Of a DNA stretch of 46,548 bases, positions 11,449 through 23,109 are shown piece by piece. The DNA comes from Chromera velia (lineage: Eukaryota). The position numbers and the translations under genes were made by a program. The notes below the pieces were generated by a model. It was not told where the DNA came from and searched no databases. It saw only the letters and a program-made list of their open reading frames with translations. Position 1 is the stretch's first letter, and every line of letters starts with the position of its first letter. The stretch lies in the NCBI GenBank assembly GCA_018398765.1, contig JAHBMJ010000474.1, positions 1 through 46,548 of the forward strand. The letters are read 5' to 3'.

Positions 11449-12719
11449 TACCGGCCCTGCAACTCTTGCGAAACATCTGTCTGCGCCCTGTATCGTAAGG
11501 CCTGCGATTCGATGTATGTGATGGTTATTTATTTCTCTTCCCGTCTCACCTTTTGAATAGGAATGTTCTTTTTTCATCTCCCAAGTACATTTCCCGTCCT
11601 CCCTCTCCATCGGTCTTCTTGTCTGCCTCTACTGCCTGAGAGTCTCTGTTGCAGTCGTTGCACTCCTCCTACAGATGACATAATGAGACCTACCGGACTT
11701 TAACATCATTTCGGACTTTGAAATATAGGATGTTCTATAGTATTTCAACGTTGTTTATATACCTTTAAATTAAATAGACATTCTTTAAAACGTGATTCTT
11801 TTAAGATAAAATTAATATTAAAGAAAAAATTGAAGCTGAACCTGTCAGTGCCAGTGTTAGGAGATTTCAATTTCTGAGTTCTTTTAGCATTCAATTATGA
11901 TACTGTATAATATTGTATCTAGAATTTATTTTTTTAATAATTTTGATTACTCATAAATAAATGTTTAAGTACAATATCATGTCAACATGAATGCTTAGTA
12001 GAATAACTGAATTCAAATTATCTTAGTAAATTAAATCTAAACTTAAATAGTGTTGGTCATTAAGTTAGTGAGTTAGAGGATGCCTAACCCCAGTTAGAGC
12101 GCTAGGCTCCCGGGCGGCGCATGCATAGTTGGTTGGTTTTTGCTAGAATGAGCAAAAAGTTATTCACTTGTCAGCACCGCGCGGCAGATATCGAACAGGA
12201 GGGTCGAGAGCGAGAACAAATGCGATCGGATAACATTACGGACGAATAGATCGGATGCAGATGCGCCGGAGAGAGGAGCGTACGTTACAATCATTATATG
12301 ATCAATCCGAGTTGATTTCAATGCAGCCATCTGGCGTGAGGACTCCCTTTCATCCGACCGTTTCTCATCGTTTCTCGCATGAAGAAAGCTTGTGTAAGAA
12401 GTCATCATTACAACGAATATATGAATCATGCACACACAGTTTGTCGTCACCCCACCCGACAGACAATGCACCATACTCTCCTTATGGGTTAAATGAGAGC
12501 AGACGCAAGAAGCTAAAAAGAGAGCTCTTGGTTACTGTGAGGGCATAATGAGCGAGAGTGGAGAAGGAAAGGTATAAGGGGGGGAGTAAGATCAGAAGGA
12601 AAGGCGTAGAGAGGAGAAAAGCAGGTGCGTAGACAGGAGCACTCACACATGCGCAACTCACCGATGACCATGCACATCTATCCACCTTCTGACGCAGAAT
12701 GGAGGGAGTGAAAAACGTA

Positions 12720-12802
12720 TACGCATACAGACACGCATACACACATACATACGCATGCATACCACATACACGCACACACATACATACGCATGCACACCAC
12801 AT

Positions 12803-12874
<72 letters not shown>

Positions 12875-12943
12875 AAATACACACACACATATACACACAC
12901 ACAGACACGCATGCACACACATATACATAACATAAACACACAT

Positions 12944-12976
<33 letters not shown>

Positions 12977-13004
12977 TACACAACCGCACACACACACACA
13001 CACA

Positions 13005-13045
<41 letters not shown>

Positions 13046-13064
13046 AACCGCACACACACACACG

Positions 13065-13107
<43 letters not shown>

Positions 13108-13131
13108 CGTGTGCACGCTGATACACCCATG

Positions 13132-13168
<37 letters not shown>

Positions 13169-13245
13169 ATACACACATACACACACGCACACGCATACAT
13201 ACACACATACACAAACGCGTACGCGTGCGTGCGCAAACACACACA
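12720..13245. repeat. Degenerate (CA)n/(GA)n microsatellite tract
   Basis: Directly visible; source of the spurious VCVC/HTHT ORFs. Confidence 0.95.
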
Positions 13246-13275
13246 GCATAAAAGTGCTCTCAAAAGCTGACTCAC

Positions 13276-14178
13276 TCATCTGGCGCCGACTGTCAGACTG
13301 TCTTCTTTTGCAGTTCCCTTGACTCGGATGAGGGTCTCCATGAAGTTCTGGTTTATCCGGACGATGACCTCCTCACTGAAGGCAACCTCGAGCTGAGTGA
13401 TGTTTTTGATGATGTCAACGAAATCAGAGGGCATTGTCGGGAGCCCCGTCACTTCAGCGATCTTTGTCGCAACCGTTAGGATGGCTTTCTCATCTGTAAA
13501 CGAAGCGGCCTGCAGAGAGGTATCCGTAGAAATAAAACTTGACGTTCAATCGGACATTGAAACGAGCGTGAGAAGCACATGTGCATACACACACAGCAAA
13601 ACAAACCCACTTGCAGACAAAGATGCAGATGCAGCAAATCAAGATATCAACCCGCTGCTCTTTCGGTCTTTCTCTCTCGCAGTCGCTCAGTGAACTAGAG
13701 AGCCGACTAGCAAGAATACCAATGAGCGAATTCACCAACGACTCAAGGAATGACAAAGCAGCTGCTGTTCCTGCAGATGCAGGCATCATATACCGAGAGA
13801 TGAGCAAGCCCTTGTGAACATGCTTTTTGCACGTGCGTACGCATAAGAAGGCATACAAAACACTCAGTCTGACGAGGCAACCAAAAAACTGTGCGTCTGT
13901 CTTAGTTTCAAATATATGTGGAGAAAGGTAAAGAGGCAGAAGTCTCCCACGGTCTAACTGGTTGCTGCTACATGAGTGTAAATTAAATCAGCTGACTTAC
14001 TCCTTCAGAATGGCGTTTCTCATCGTCTGCACTTCCTTCATATGTGACTAAAGGCTTCTCTGAATCTTGTTGCTGTGGCTTCCAAACTCACGACCTGCAC
14101 ACAGATACATAAGCACACACATGCATGCATGCACGCGCGCGCGCGCGCGCACGCTCATACACACACACATACATACAC

Positions 14179-14235
<57 letters not shown>

Positions 14236-17200
14236 CTTGAGGGAAAAAACAGGGAGAAACGAACAAGAGAAAGGCCCAGCAATGTGTGAATCACCCAGCG
14301 AAGGGGGCAAAAGGGGAGAGACAAAGGTCAGGGCAAGTAGGAGGCGAAGGCTCTAGGGTGGGGGCAGTGGCCAGATTGGGGCTGGGGCCGGCGGCACATA
14401 TAAAGAGGAGGCCCCAAGATGTCAGAGAGCGGCTAGATAGAGCTTTAACCCCCTAGGGGAGCGTTTTAATTGTTCCAGTGCAGACAACTGGCAGTGGAGC
14501 AGAGGCGAGTGTCGAGTGAGTTGGCGGGCAGGCGGGGGGGTGGGCGGGCCAGAGTCGTCACAGGACACTTTGTCTCAAGGGGTTCAGAGAAGCCAGTGGA
14601 GGGTTGGTGAGAGGGGACTATGAAAAGTTAGAACATGAAACGTACATGTCTTGGCTCCTTGAAGGGTACCGCTGACGGCCGTACTGCTCCCTGGGTCTGG
14701 TTTCACACTCTTTTTTAAACCTTTTTGTCTCACCTTCTCGCTCATGAATGTTTCAAAACCTCTGGACAAATCAGGCCTGATTTGTCCGGAGGTTTTTTTC
14801 GAAATTTTTCAAATAAGTTGGAAAAGAACAAAAGCGGTCGGAAAACTCTTTTTACGTCGATACAAAGCGATTCTGACCACTTTTGTTCTTGTCCAACTTA
14901 TTTAAAAAATTTCGAAAAAAACCTCCGGACAAATCAGGCCTGATTTGTCCGGAGGTTTTGAAACATTCGTGAGCGAGAAGGTGAGACAAAAAAGTCCAAG
15001 AAAAAGTGTGAAACCAGACTCAGAGAGCAGTACAGCCGTCACCAGTACCGATCAAGAAGCAAGGACATCATCTTTTCATATCCTAACTCTTCATACTTGT
15101 CTCTCACCAGCCTCCCACTGGCTCCTCTGTGCCCCTTCACGCACAGTGTCCTGTGCCGCTGGCCCCGGCCTGGTCCGAGCCCGGCCTTCACTCACCCTCG
15201 GCCCGCCCAACCCCCCTGCCTGCCCCCCAGCCCGCCCGCTGACACTCTCGACACTCGGCGTCTCTGCTCCACTGCCAAATATCTGCACTGGAACAATTAG
15301 AACGCCCTCCTAGGTCGTCAAAGCTCCATCTAGCCGCTCTCTAACATCTTGGGGCCTCCTCTCTGTATGTGCCGCCGGCCCCGGCCCCGACTCTGCCGCC
15401 GCCTCGCCCCCCCTTGCCCCACCCCGCCCCGCCCCGCCCCCCCTGCACAATCACATATTGAGGGCAAAGGCATCGACTTACCAAAGGACACAGCTTCAGT
15501 GTGCCAGGGCTGGGACAGCCTCCTCATCAGCATCACTTCGAGCCCCTTTGTAGTTATCAGCTTGAAAAGCTGAGGGAACATACAGTCGCCTCCCAAGTCC
15601 GCATCCCTGAGATGACAGTATGTGAGAATCTGCAACCAGGCATCAAAGAGTTCGGAGGTAGACCTCTAGACATTAAAGAACCAAAGACGCAGCTCAAAAA
15701 GGCACCACTTGACAATGTAATGCTTTTTCACTCAAAACAGAGATAAACCGTGCACAAACAAATTGTAGAGACGGCAGATGCCAAACAACATATCCATTGC
15801 CTGAAAAAGGAGAACAAAATGTACGCACATGGATGCCTGCCTAGCTCGTGAGGATCTAAACGTACCTGAAGAACCAGAATTGGGGTCTGCTTTTCGATAG
15901 CAGACAGGGTGAAGTCACGGCCGGCGGCGTCGCCGCCATAGAGAATAGCTACCTGAAGAACAGAGAACTCCTCCCGATTAAAATTCTTCTCCGTAATTTC
16001 TAGTACACTCTTGACCATCAGGGAAAGATCCAGTCAGGACGGCAGTTCAAAAAGGAAAAGAGGTACAATCATCGTAGACTCTGAAGATGCTGCCAGCTCG
16101 GTGACAGTATTGAGTATGTAAGCAGAGGCTTTGTTTTTCTCGAAGTAGTCTTTTAATTTTGGTAGGAGAACCTCCCGATGAAACCGCGCTGCCTCAGCAT
16201 ACCCCTTCGTCATTTCGTTTAGAAGTTTTACTAGCTGCTCAAAGCCCCCCTCTCCCAGATCTCTCTTCAGCCGGACTGTCACACGGGTTGAGAACGGGAG
16301 GGAGCCCTCCCACTTTCTCGAAAGCAAGGCCATCGTCTCTCTGCGCCAAGCTGTACGTATGTACTTGAACCAACTCAAACAGCGGCAAGAAACACAGACA
16401 ATGAAAAAGTCGTTTGGAGTCAAAACGATGGTCAGACATAAGCTAGCAGAGACAAATGAGGGGTAGCGCAGTCTGTACAGATGGGAATAGGCCAGAGGCG
16501 GCCAGAGGTCAATTGATTGGCACATGCAAAGATCTTTATGCAGCTGGATGCCTCCGAAACTAGTAGATTGATCTGTGTAGGTCAGGCGCATCTATATATC
16601 TATGCCGGACCAATATATGCCCGGAGAGGCGATAAGACAATATACACCACCAGAGGTCACGCCGGCTTGTCTTTATGTTGTTGGAATGCTTTCAGATACA
16701 AGCTTGCTTCAATGGCAATTCCAGAAAGCAAGTCAGAACCAAGACAACAACTTGAAGGTCAGACGTGCGCGTATTAAATGCATGCATGCACTTTCGTACG
16801 CACTCCGATGATTGCTTGAGGGGCACGCAACAAAAGTGCCCCCCAAGTCAAGCAAAAATAATTAGCGCGCATGCGAACGTACTCAAAATGTCTGACCTTA
16901 CTGCTTCATGCTGCTTTTGTCTGACATTTGCATCAGACCGAACTACAATCTGAGAGCAGATCAAAAACGGCTCCACATAGAAAGAGCTCAAAGTCATAGA
17001 CAACCTCTCGACAGTGCGATTGCTGCATAGTAGAGGGCAAGATTCGCTTATTGTGGCTTTTAATTACACAACGTTCAAACCGGCGTTCAGTCTGCTTATC
17101 CTACCTCATGCACATTGATCCGAGAGACCATCTGGTGGTAGGCTTGCCTTATGAGCGTCTTCTATACAGATAGACAACTGTGTATCTTCTTTTCTCAACA

Positions 17201-17662
17201 ATCTTTTTACCTAAAACAGCTGCCAGGCCCCTCTGAGGTCATCTATTATGCATGAACGATTTAAAGATCAAAAGAGTCCAACGTAATACTACATACCACT
17301 TGTGCTGCCTCGCCATTTGCGGCTTGCCATTTTTGGCTACTCAGTTCGCCTTGTGGGACGTTTGTGGGCAATACAACAACACAGTGTCATCAGTAAGTGG
17401 CTTTGGGGGGGCTTTTATCTCAAAGCAATTCGTATGTATAAAGTTTCTTTTTGTGCAAGTCATTGGAGAGGCTCAATCTGTCAGATCTGGCTAGCTTGTT
17501 TGCCTTTCCGTGCGCGTTGACTGCACCCACAACACTGAAAAGCATCTTTCGGAGCATTAAGAGGAGCACTAGCAAATCAGCACCTATAAATCGCCGCGGG
17601 TCGCCGCCCCCACAAGAACCAATTACAGATTTTGTCGCTTTGGGGCTGCCTCTCACCTCCAC
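13276..17662 (-). pseudogene. Decayed multi-exon gene with a SLOG (TRPM N-terminal/LSDAT)-like motif, carried in the TIR element
   Basis: Exons ~17161-17105, 16350-15866, 15606-15482, 13770-~13685 and ~13495-13276 have AG/GT borders where resolved. Splicing gives VAILYGGDAAGRDFTLSAIEKQTPILVLQ|GCG, resembling the SLOG pattern VxxxxxGG...PxxVxxGSG. There is an in-frame TGA at 16034-16036 and a probable frameshift in 15606-15482. Confidence 0.55.
14376..15392. mobile_element. ~1-kb palindromic (foldback/MITE-like) element inside an intron
   Basis: Left arm ggggccggcggcacatataaagaggaggccccaagatg...aagaacaaaagcggtc is the imperfect reverse complement of right arm gaccacttttgttctt...catcttggggcctcctctctgtatgtgccgccggcccc. 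Centre is at ~14856. Termini and TSD are not resolved. Confidence 0.85.
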
Positions 17663-18294
17663 CTCCAGGGGAGTGGGGGATGGTTTTGCCCGAAAGGACC
17701 TAGGTAGGTCGTTTATTAATTAGTCCTTCTTAGGGAAGTGGGGGAGCAAATCCAGTCGCCAGACCTAGTTAGGTAGGGTCAATTAAAACTAAATAGTTTC
17801 AGGGGTGATTATCTACTTTTCGATCGCATTTATTGCATCATGCATAGATATGCCAATTATGCAGCTACTATTATGGTTACTAAAATATAGTTATAATCTA
17901 ACATTGATACAACTAGCTTCAATTCTTTGTTTTATCTTTTGTTTTAAAAGAATCACGTTTTAAAGAATGTTTATTAAATTTAAAAGCTTATAAACAACGA
18001 TTAAATACAATAGAACACCCTATGTTATTCCTATATAATTTCAAAGTCCAAAATAATGTTAAAGTCCGGTAGGTCTCATTATGTTATACAGAAGGGAAAC
18101 GACATCAGCGATTGAGAAAGCATCTTCTGGATACAGGGTGTTTAGAGTTACGAGAATGAAGCCCCCTCCCGTTGTATGATGCAGGTCTGGCAAAGGGGCA
18201 ATAAAGCATTGTCCTAGACTCATGCATTGTATAATGGCCTACAGATCGATTAATAATAATAATGCTGATGATGATGATGATAATAATAATGATG

Positions 18295-21200
18295 TATCTG
18301 CTCCCCCCCCCCCACTGTCTGCTCCCAAGTCATGTGAGCAACCGGTGCCTTTGTCTTTCTGTGAACGAGAAAAGTTACTGCTGAAGGAATGGGAAACCAC
18401 ATTGGCCGGCCCGATAAAAGAAATCAAGCGGAAGGATTTGGATGGTCAACAGGGCAGGAAAAAAGTGGGACAAAAGAAAAAGGCCGAATGGTTTGATAAT
18501 GAATGCAAGGAAGCAGCAACACTTTAGAGAGAAGCAAGGAAGACGTTGAACAAACTTGTGCAATCATGTGAGAATGAGGGGAGAAGTGGGAGCAGCAGAG
18601 TGAACGTGGTTACCTTAAGACAGACAGTTGAGAGGCAGGCCCACAGATGTCAGCGATTGCACAACAGGAAAAGAAAGGCGTACGAAAAGCTCTGTGCAGA
18701 AAAGGTTGCACTCGAGTTGTCCTCTAACCCTTCAAAGGTCTGGTCATTGAGAAAAAAGCTGCAAAGAAGCAATAGAGAGAAAGCCCCTCCTGGTTCCCAG
18801 CCTTCAGTAAAGGACTTTTCCTGTCACTGAGCTTCCATCTTCGCTGACTCTCCCTCTGGCAAGGAATCTGCACAAGAAAGTGCTCCCCTTTTCCCTCCTT
18901 CGCAGCCAGCCCCACCCGTTTTTAACTCTTCTTTGCACCCTAGCGTTTTTTCGCAACTGCATACCCACTCTCATCAAGTTCCCTCTGGCATTCACTCTCC
19001 CCCTTTGCCCCCACCAATCCCTCTGTCTCGCCCTTATTTTTGCATAGAAGAAATAAGGAAAGTCCTCTGGTCCATAAAGGAAGAAAAGGCTGCAGGGTTG
19101 TCCGGACTCGCCCCCGACCACCTCTCCCTCTGCTTTCAATATTCGTCTCTTTCTCATGCTTTGTTATTTATCCATTTGAACTTAATTCACTTGACATCCG
19201 CTTGGCAAGATGAATGGAATCTAATTAAAATCTGTCCGGTTCCAAAGGGGCTTCCTTCCCCCGACCCTGGTGAATGACGTCCGATTCATGTTGTCTCACT
19301 CTTACTAAAACTCTTTTCTTCACTCCTCTCTGCCCGTCTTACATCGCAAGTGAAGATTAACCATGGGCAGTTGGGTTTTCAGCAAGGGGTAGGAACAAGA
19401 GAAGCCATTGGAGCACTTACTGCACTGATGCAAAAGGCAAAGAAATGAAAGAAGCCCTTGTTAGCATGCTTTGTAGACTTCAGCAAAGCCTTTGACTCCC
19501 TGCTCAGGGATGTTTTGTTTGAAGTTTTGCTGAAGCAAGGGGTGAGTGCAGTCAATGTCAAAATAATTCGGACAATGTATACAAATGTGTACGGAAGCAT
19601 CACTGGCAGCCCTTTTATGTTCAAGGAAGAGAAAGGGGTGAAACAACGGGATCCTCTCTCCCCTCTTCTCTTCTTGATTTTCATCAATGATCTGTATGAA
19701 AGAGTGAAGGCTTCCGGTTGTGCAAAGGTTCTGCTCGGTGGGGTTGAGTGCGATAGCCTTAGTTATGCCGATGACCTTGTCCTCGTTGCTAAGAGCGTGT
19801 ATGACCTGCAAGTCAGCTTGAATGAATTGAATTCTTTTTGTAAAGAGAGAGAGCTCACTGTTAATTTAAAAAAGACGAAAATCATGTGTCTGTCCGACTC
19901 TTACCCTGCAATTGAAGGCAGGCTTATGTTTGGGGGAAAAGAAGTCGAGAGAGTGGGGTCATATAAGTATCTGGGTGTTCTTTTGTTCAAAGGAGGAGAC
20001 TTAAGAGAGGTAATAGAAGAGAGGCTTAGCATAGCAAGTAGACGGATGGGTTATGCAAAGAGCGTAGCACTCTCTTTAGGTCGCCTGCCCCCCGCAGCAA
20101 AAATTTTATGTTTATGCGCTTTCTGGTTGCCTGTTGCTCTATATGCGTTTGACTGTCTGCCTGTCCGCAAGTCAGACATGGATGCATTAGATGTCTTTCA
20201 ATTGCGCTTTGTCCGTTGGGCTTTGAATCTGTCTCTCTCCTCTTTCCGTGTACCTACTCTGTGTGCTGTCGGTCTACTTCCTGCACGTGTGCATGTGTCG
20301 ATGAGACTTACTGGGTATTTGACTAACTTAAAACATATTGACCTCAAGATGCCCGCGGGTGCCTGGTCGGCTTTAATGAATGGTGATTGTCCTTCCTCTA
20401 TGATACACGCACAAAAATTGATTGGGTCGACCGGATTGGAAGAATTTGTGACTGTCAATCCAACCATCAGAAGAAAAAAGAAAGCCACCAAGGTTGGCTG
20501 TCTCCTTCTCTTAAGAGCAGTGATCAACCCGAAAGTTGATGAATGGATTGATAGTTGTCTAGAAAGGGCTGCTTCACGGGGGGCGGTTTTGCAGTTTAGC
20601 AGAGGCGTCAGACCGAATATGTTCCAAACGTCTTATCCTACTGCCCAACGTTCGTCTCTCCTCTTCTTTTCCTCTACTTTTCCTTCATCCCCTTCGTTCC
20701 CCTGTTTCATTTCCCTCCTTCGCACTACGATCTAGTCCTCAGGCCCTTTTTCAGCCTTGCTGTATATGTTGTTTGGTGGTCGCCCCTATGCACCGTACAG
20801 AGGGCTGGAAGACGTGGTTTGCCCTGCATGCAGGCGCAAAGCAGACGATCTACTGCACCGACTGACTGAATGCACAGAAACAAGAGCAGATCGAGAGGCT
20901 CTGAATGCAATTATAACCGAAATTGAAGCTAAATTAGACAGAGCCTAAGAAAGAGAGAGAAAGTGGTTGCTATCGAAAGACTCCACCCCTCTAAAACACG
21001 CCACGCAAAGCGAATTGTTGGCATGAATGAAGGTTACCCTGGCATTCAGACACTCACCCATACCGGCCCTGCGAATCTTGTGAAACATCTGTCTGCGCCC
21101 TCCATCGTAAGGCCTGCGATTCGATGCATGTGATGGTTACTTACCTCTCTAAAACTTCCCGTCTCACCTTTGAATGTTCTTTTTCCATCTCCCACGTACA

Positions 21201-21467
21201 TTTCCCGTCTCCCTTCTCTACCGGTCTTCCTGTCTGCCTCTACTGCCTGAGAGTCTCTGTTGCAGTTGTCGCACTCCTCCCACAGAAGGGAAACGACATC
21301 AGCAATTTAGAAAGCATCTTCTAGATGCAGGGTGTTTAAAGTTGCGAGAATGAAGCCCCCTCCTGTTGTATGATGCAGGTCTGGTAAAGGGGCAATAAAG
21401 CATTGTCCTAGACTCATGCACTGCATGATGGTCTATAGACTGATTAATAATGATGATGATGATGATA
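18295..21467 (+). mobile_element. 5'-truncated, degenerate non-LTR retrotransposon (LINE) with RT, C-terminal CCHC finger and (AAT/GAT)n tail
   Basis: WFDNECKEA linker, KAAGLSG, RPI, QLGF, FVDFSKAFDS, GVKQRDPLSPLLF, SYADDL, YKYLG and CPAC...LLHRLTEC. Stops at 19275 and 19446 plus frameshifts. Endonuclease domain absent (truncated). Confidence 0.93.
19458..20735 (+). pseudogene. Reverse transcriptase domain of the LINE (longest surviving frame)
   Basis: Canonical non-LTR RT motifs including YADD; upstream in-frame stops. Confidence 0.92.
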
Positions 21468-21719
21468 ATGATGATGACCAAAGAACCTTCGTCGTACCAA
21501 TCAACCTGACGATGCCTAGCAGGACAATGCATCTGTTAAAAACTTCTGTATGGATAAAATACAACTTTTATTCCAACCTTTAAGTTGCGAGGATCTTCAG
21601 ATTTATCATCATCTTGAAACATCTTCAAACTTCATTACTTTTTCTTCTTCTTCTCTCTTTGCGACTCCTCTTACCCTTTAGTACTGCAGACACAACAAAA
21701 CGAATGCAGAAAAGCGAAG

Positions 21720-22290
21720 GTCAGCTCAAACAGAGAAGGAAAGTCAACACAGATAGATCCATACACTGTTTGGCTTGACAGGGTCAAAGTAACCAACTTG
21801 AAGGATGACACTTTCAACACACTCGCAGCGGGAGGGGGACGCGGCTACCTCGTTGTCATCAGTGATGCTCACCCAGAGAGTTACCAGGCCGATCAGTACT
21901 TTTGAACTCAGGTGGAGTAACAGAGCAAACTAGACTGGTTCACAGACTTATACAGACCTCCTTTGATATCCATACACACAAGTTTATTGCTGCGCAGCGG
22001 CGTACAATGGCATGGAACCGCAAACAGTAGACGTGTTTCCATTTTAAGCGATGAAATAAAATGGCATACACTCGATCACTATTCATTGAGACGCAAGCCG
22101 GGCAGTTGCAAAGTAAAATAATATTCTCACATGTAGCACAGCGATTCCACTCATTGGCAGCGTGCCCGTTTCAAGCATTTGCAGCTTTGAACAGAACAGA
22201 GGGATCTGTCTGGATGATTCAACCGACATGACACGAGACGACACGACACAACGTTGTCTGATTTCAGCTCAGTAACAGACACAGCTGTTG
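21720..22290 (+). repeat. Dispersed ~570-bp repeat, copy 1 (copy 2 at 32100-32670)
   Basis: Colinear match, e.g. ctttcaacacactcg.agcgg.aggggga.gcggctacctcgttg and gctgcgcagcggcgtacaatggcatggaacc in both copies. Confidence 0.9.
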
Positions 22291-22734
22291 TACATGTTCC
22301 GAAAAGAGAACTTGAGAGGAGCAGTGGAAGAGGAAACCGAACGTCCTTCCAAACTGCAGATTAGTCACAGAGATTTGACGAAGAAAACGGGAGAGATTCG
22401 GAAAAAGAAACAAAAAAAAAAATCAGAACGGGCAGTTACGGACCATACGCATGCTGACTTCTTTAAAGCTCCCGTGAGGATAACATATGGATGTACGGGC
22501 GTGTGAGTTACAGACACGAAAGATCAGAAACTCAGAAGAGCCTCTCTGCGTTCCCTCCTCAAAGTGGAATTATAGCACAGAAACCAAGAAGATAAATATG
22601 AGTCAGTCCATCTCTTTGTGCCCTTTTTTGAACCGGCCCAGCACCCCACCGTGTGGATCTATAAAATCCCCAAAATTCACTTTCCGGGCCATTCGCACGC
22701 TTCGCGTGCGTCAAATCCCTGGTGCGTTGTGCAA

Positions 22735-22925
22735 GCATGCATATGCATGTGCGCTTCGCATCCGGCGCGGCTGGGACGGCGGGCCGTCGGCCCGGGCCCG
22801 CCACCGCCCCCGTCGCTCGCACCATATCGTTCGCGGGTCCGACCATGCATGGGGCCGCGCGGCGGCCATTGCAGAAGATTTTAATTTGAGCGCGCGCGGT
22901 TCTCATGCGTGCATGCATGCAAGTG
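22735..22925 (+). promoter_or_regulatory. GC-rich GCATGC/CATGCA cluster upstream of the F-box-like gene
   Basis: gcatgcatatgcatg, catgcatg and gcatgcatgca within a CpG-rich stretch 190-370 bp upstream of ATG 23110. Confidence 0.5.
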
Positions 22926-23109
22926 TTGTCCGTTCGATTCTGCACGCAGGGAGGGCTTCTGCACGCCATTCTTTTTCCACAAGACGGCGATGAGTGCGAG
23001 GGTCTCTGTGCATGAATAGCCCTTCCCGAAGCCACATCCGTCAGCGTCAGATTTGCAGAGGGGGCATTTTGATTGCATGAGTTCTTAGTTCAGAGCTGGA
23101 AAGACCGAG

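Larger units (their letters stand above)
11676..18086. mobile_element. 6.4-kb non-autonomous TIR element with ~185-bp TIRs, 6-bp TSD TACAGA and gene cargo
   Basis: Left end tgacataatgagacctaccggactttaaca versus right end tgttaaagtccggtaggtctcattatgtta. Inverted similarity covers ~11676-11860 and ~17898-18086. tacaga occurs at 11670-11675 and 18087-18092. The empty site is visible at ~21274-21297 (ctcctcc-cacaga-agggaaacgac). Confidence 0.9.
11449..18294 (+). mobile_element. 5'-truncated LINE 3'-UTR copy (11449-11675 plus 18087-18294) split by the TIR element
   Basis: 11449-11675 matches 21061-21286, and 18093-18250 continues the match to 21287-21445 with no loss of sequence. Followed by an (AAT/GAT)n tail. 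Confidence 0.9.

Noticed and set aside
12482..13279. Long VCVC/HTHT ORFs (also at 26510-26898, 32777-33220, 34733-35441, 42908-43261)
   Set aside because: Translations of (CA)n microsatellites, which lack stop codons.
16034..16036. In-frame TGAs in several decayed genes as a sign of stop-codon reassignment or selenocysteine
   Set aside because: Intact genes end in TGA (2061-2063, 39560-39562) and have no internal TGA. The same decayed regions also contain TAG/TAA stops and frameshifts, consistent with mutational decay such as CGA>TGA.
11676..18086. Calling the TIR element a Polinton/Maverick
   Set aside because: The 6-bp TSD and long TIRs fit, but there are no polB, integrase, ATPase or capsid motifs and the ends are not AG...CT.
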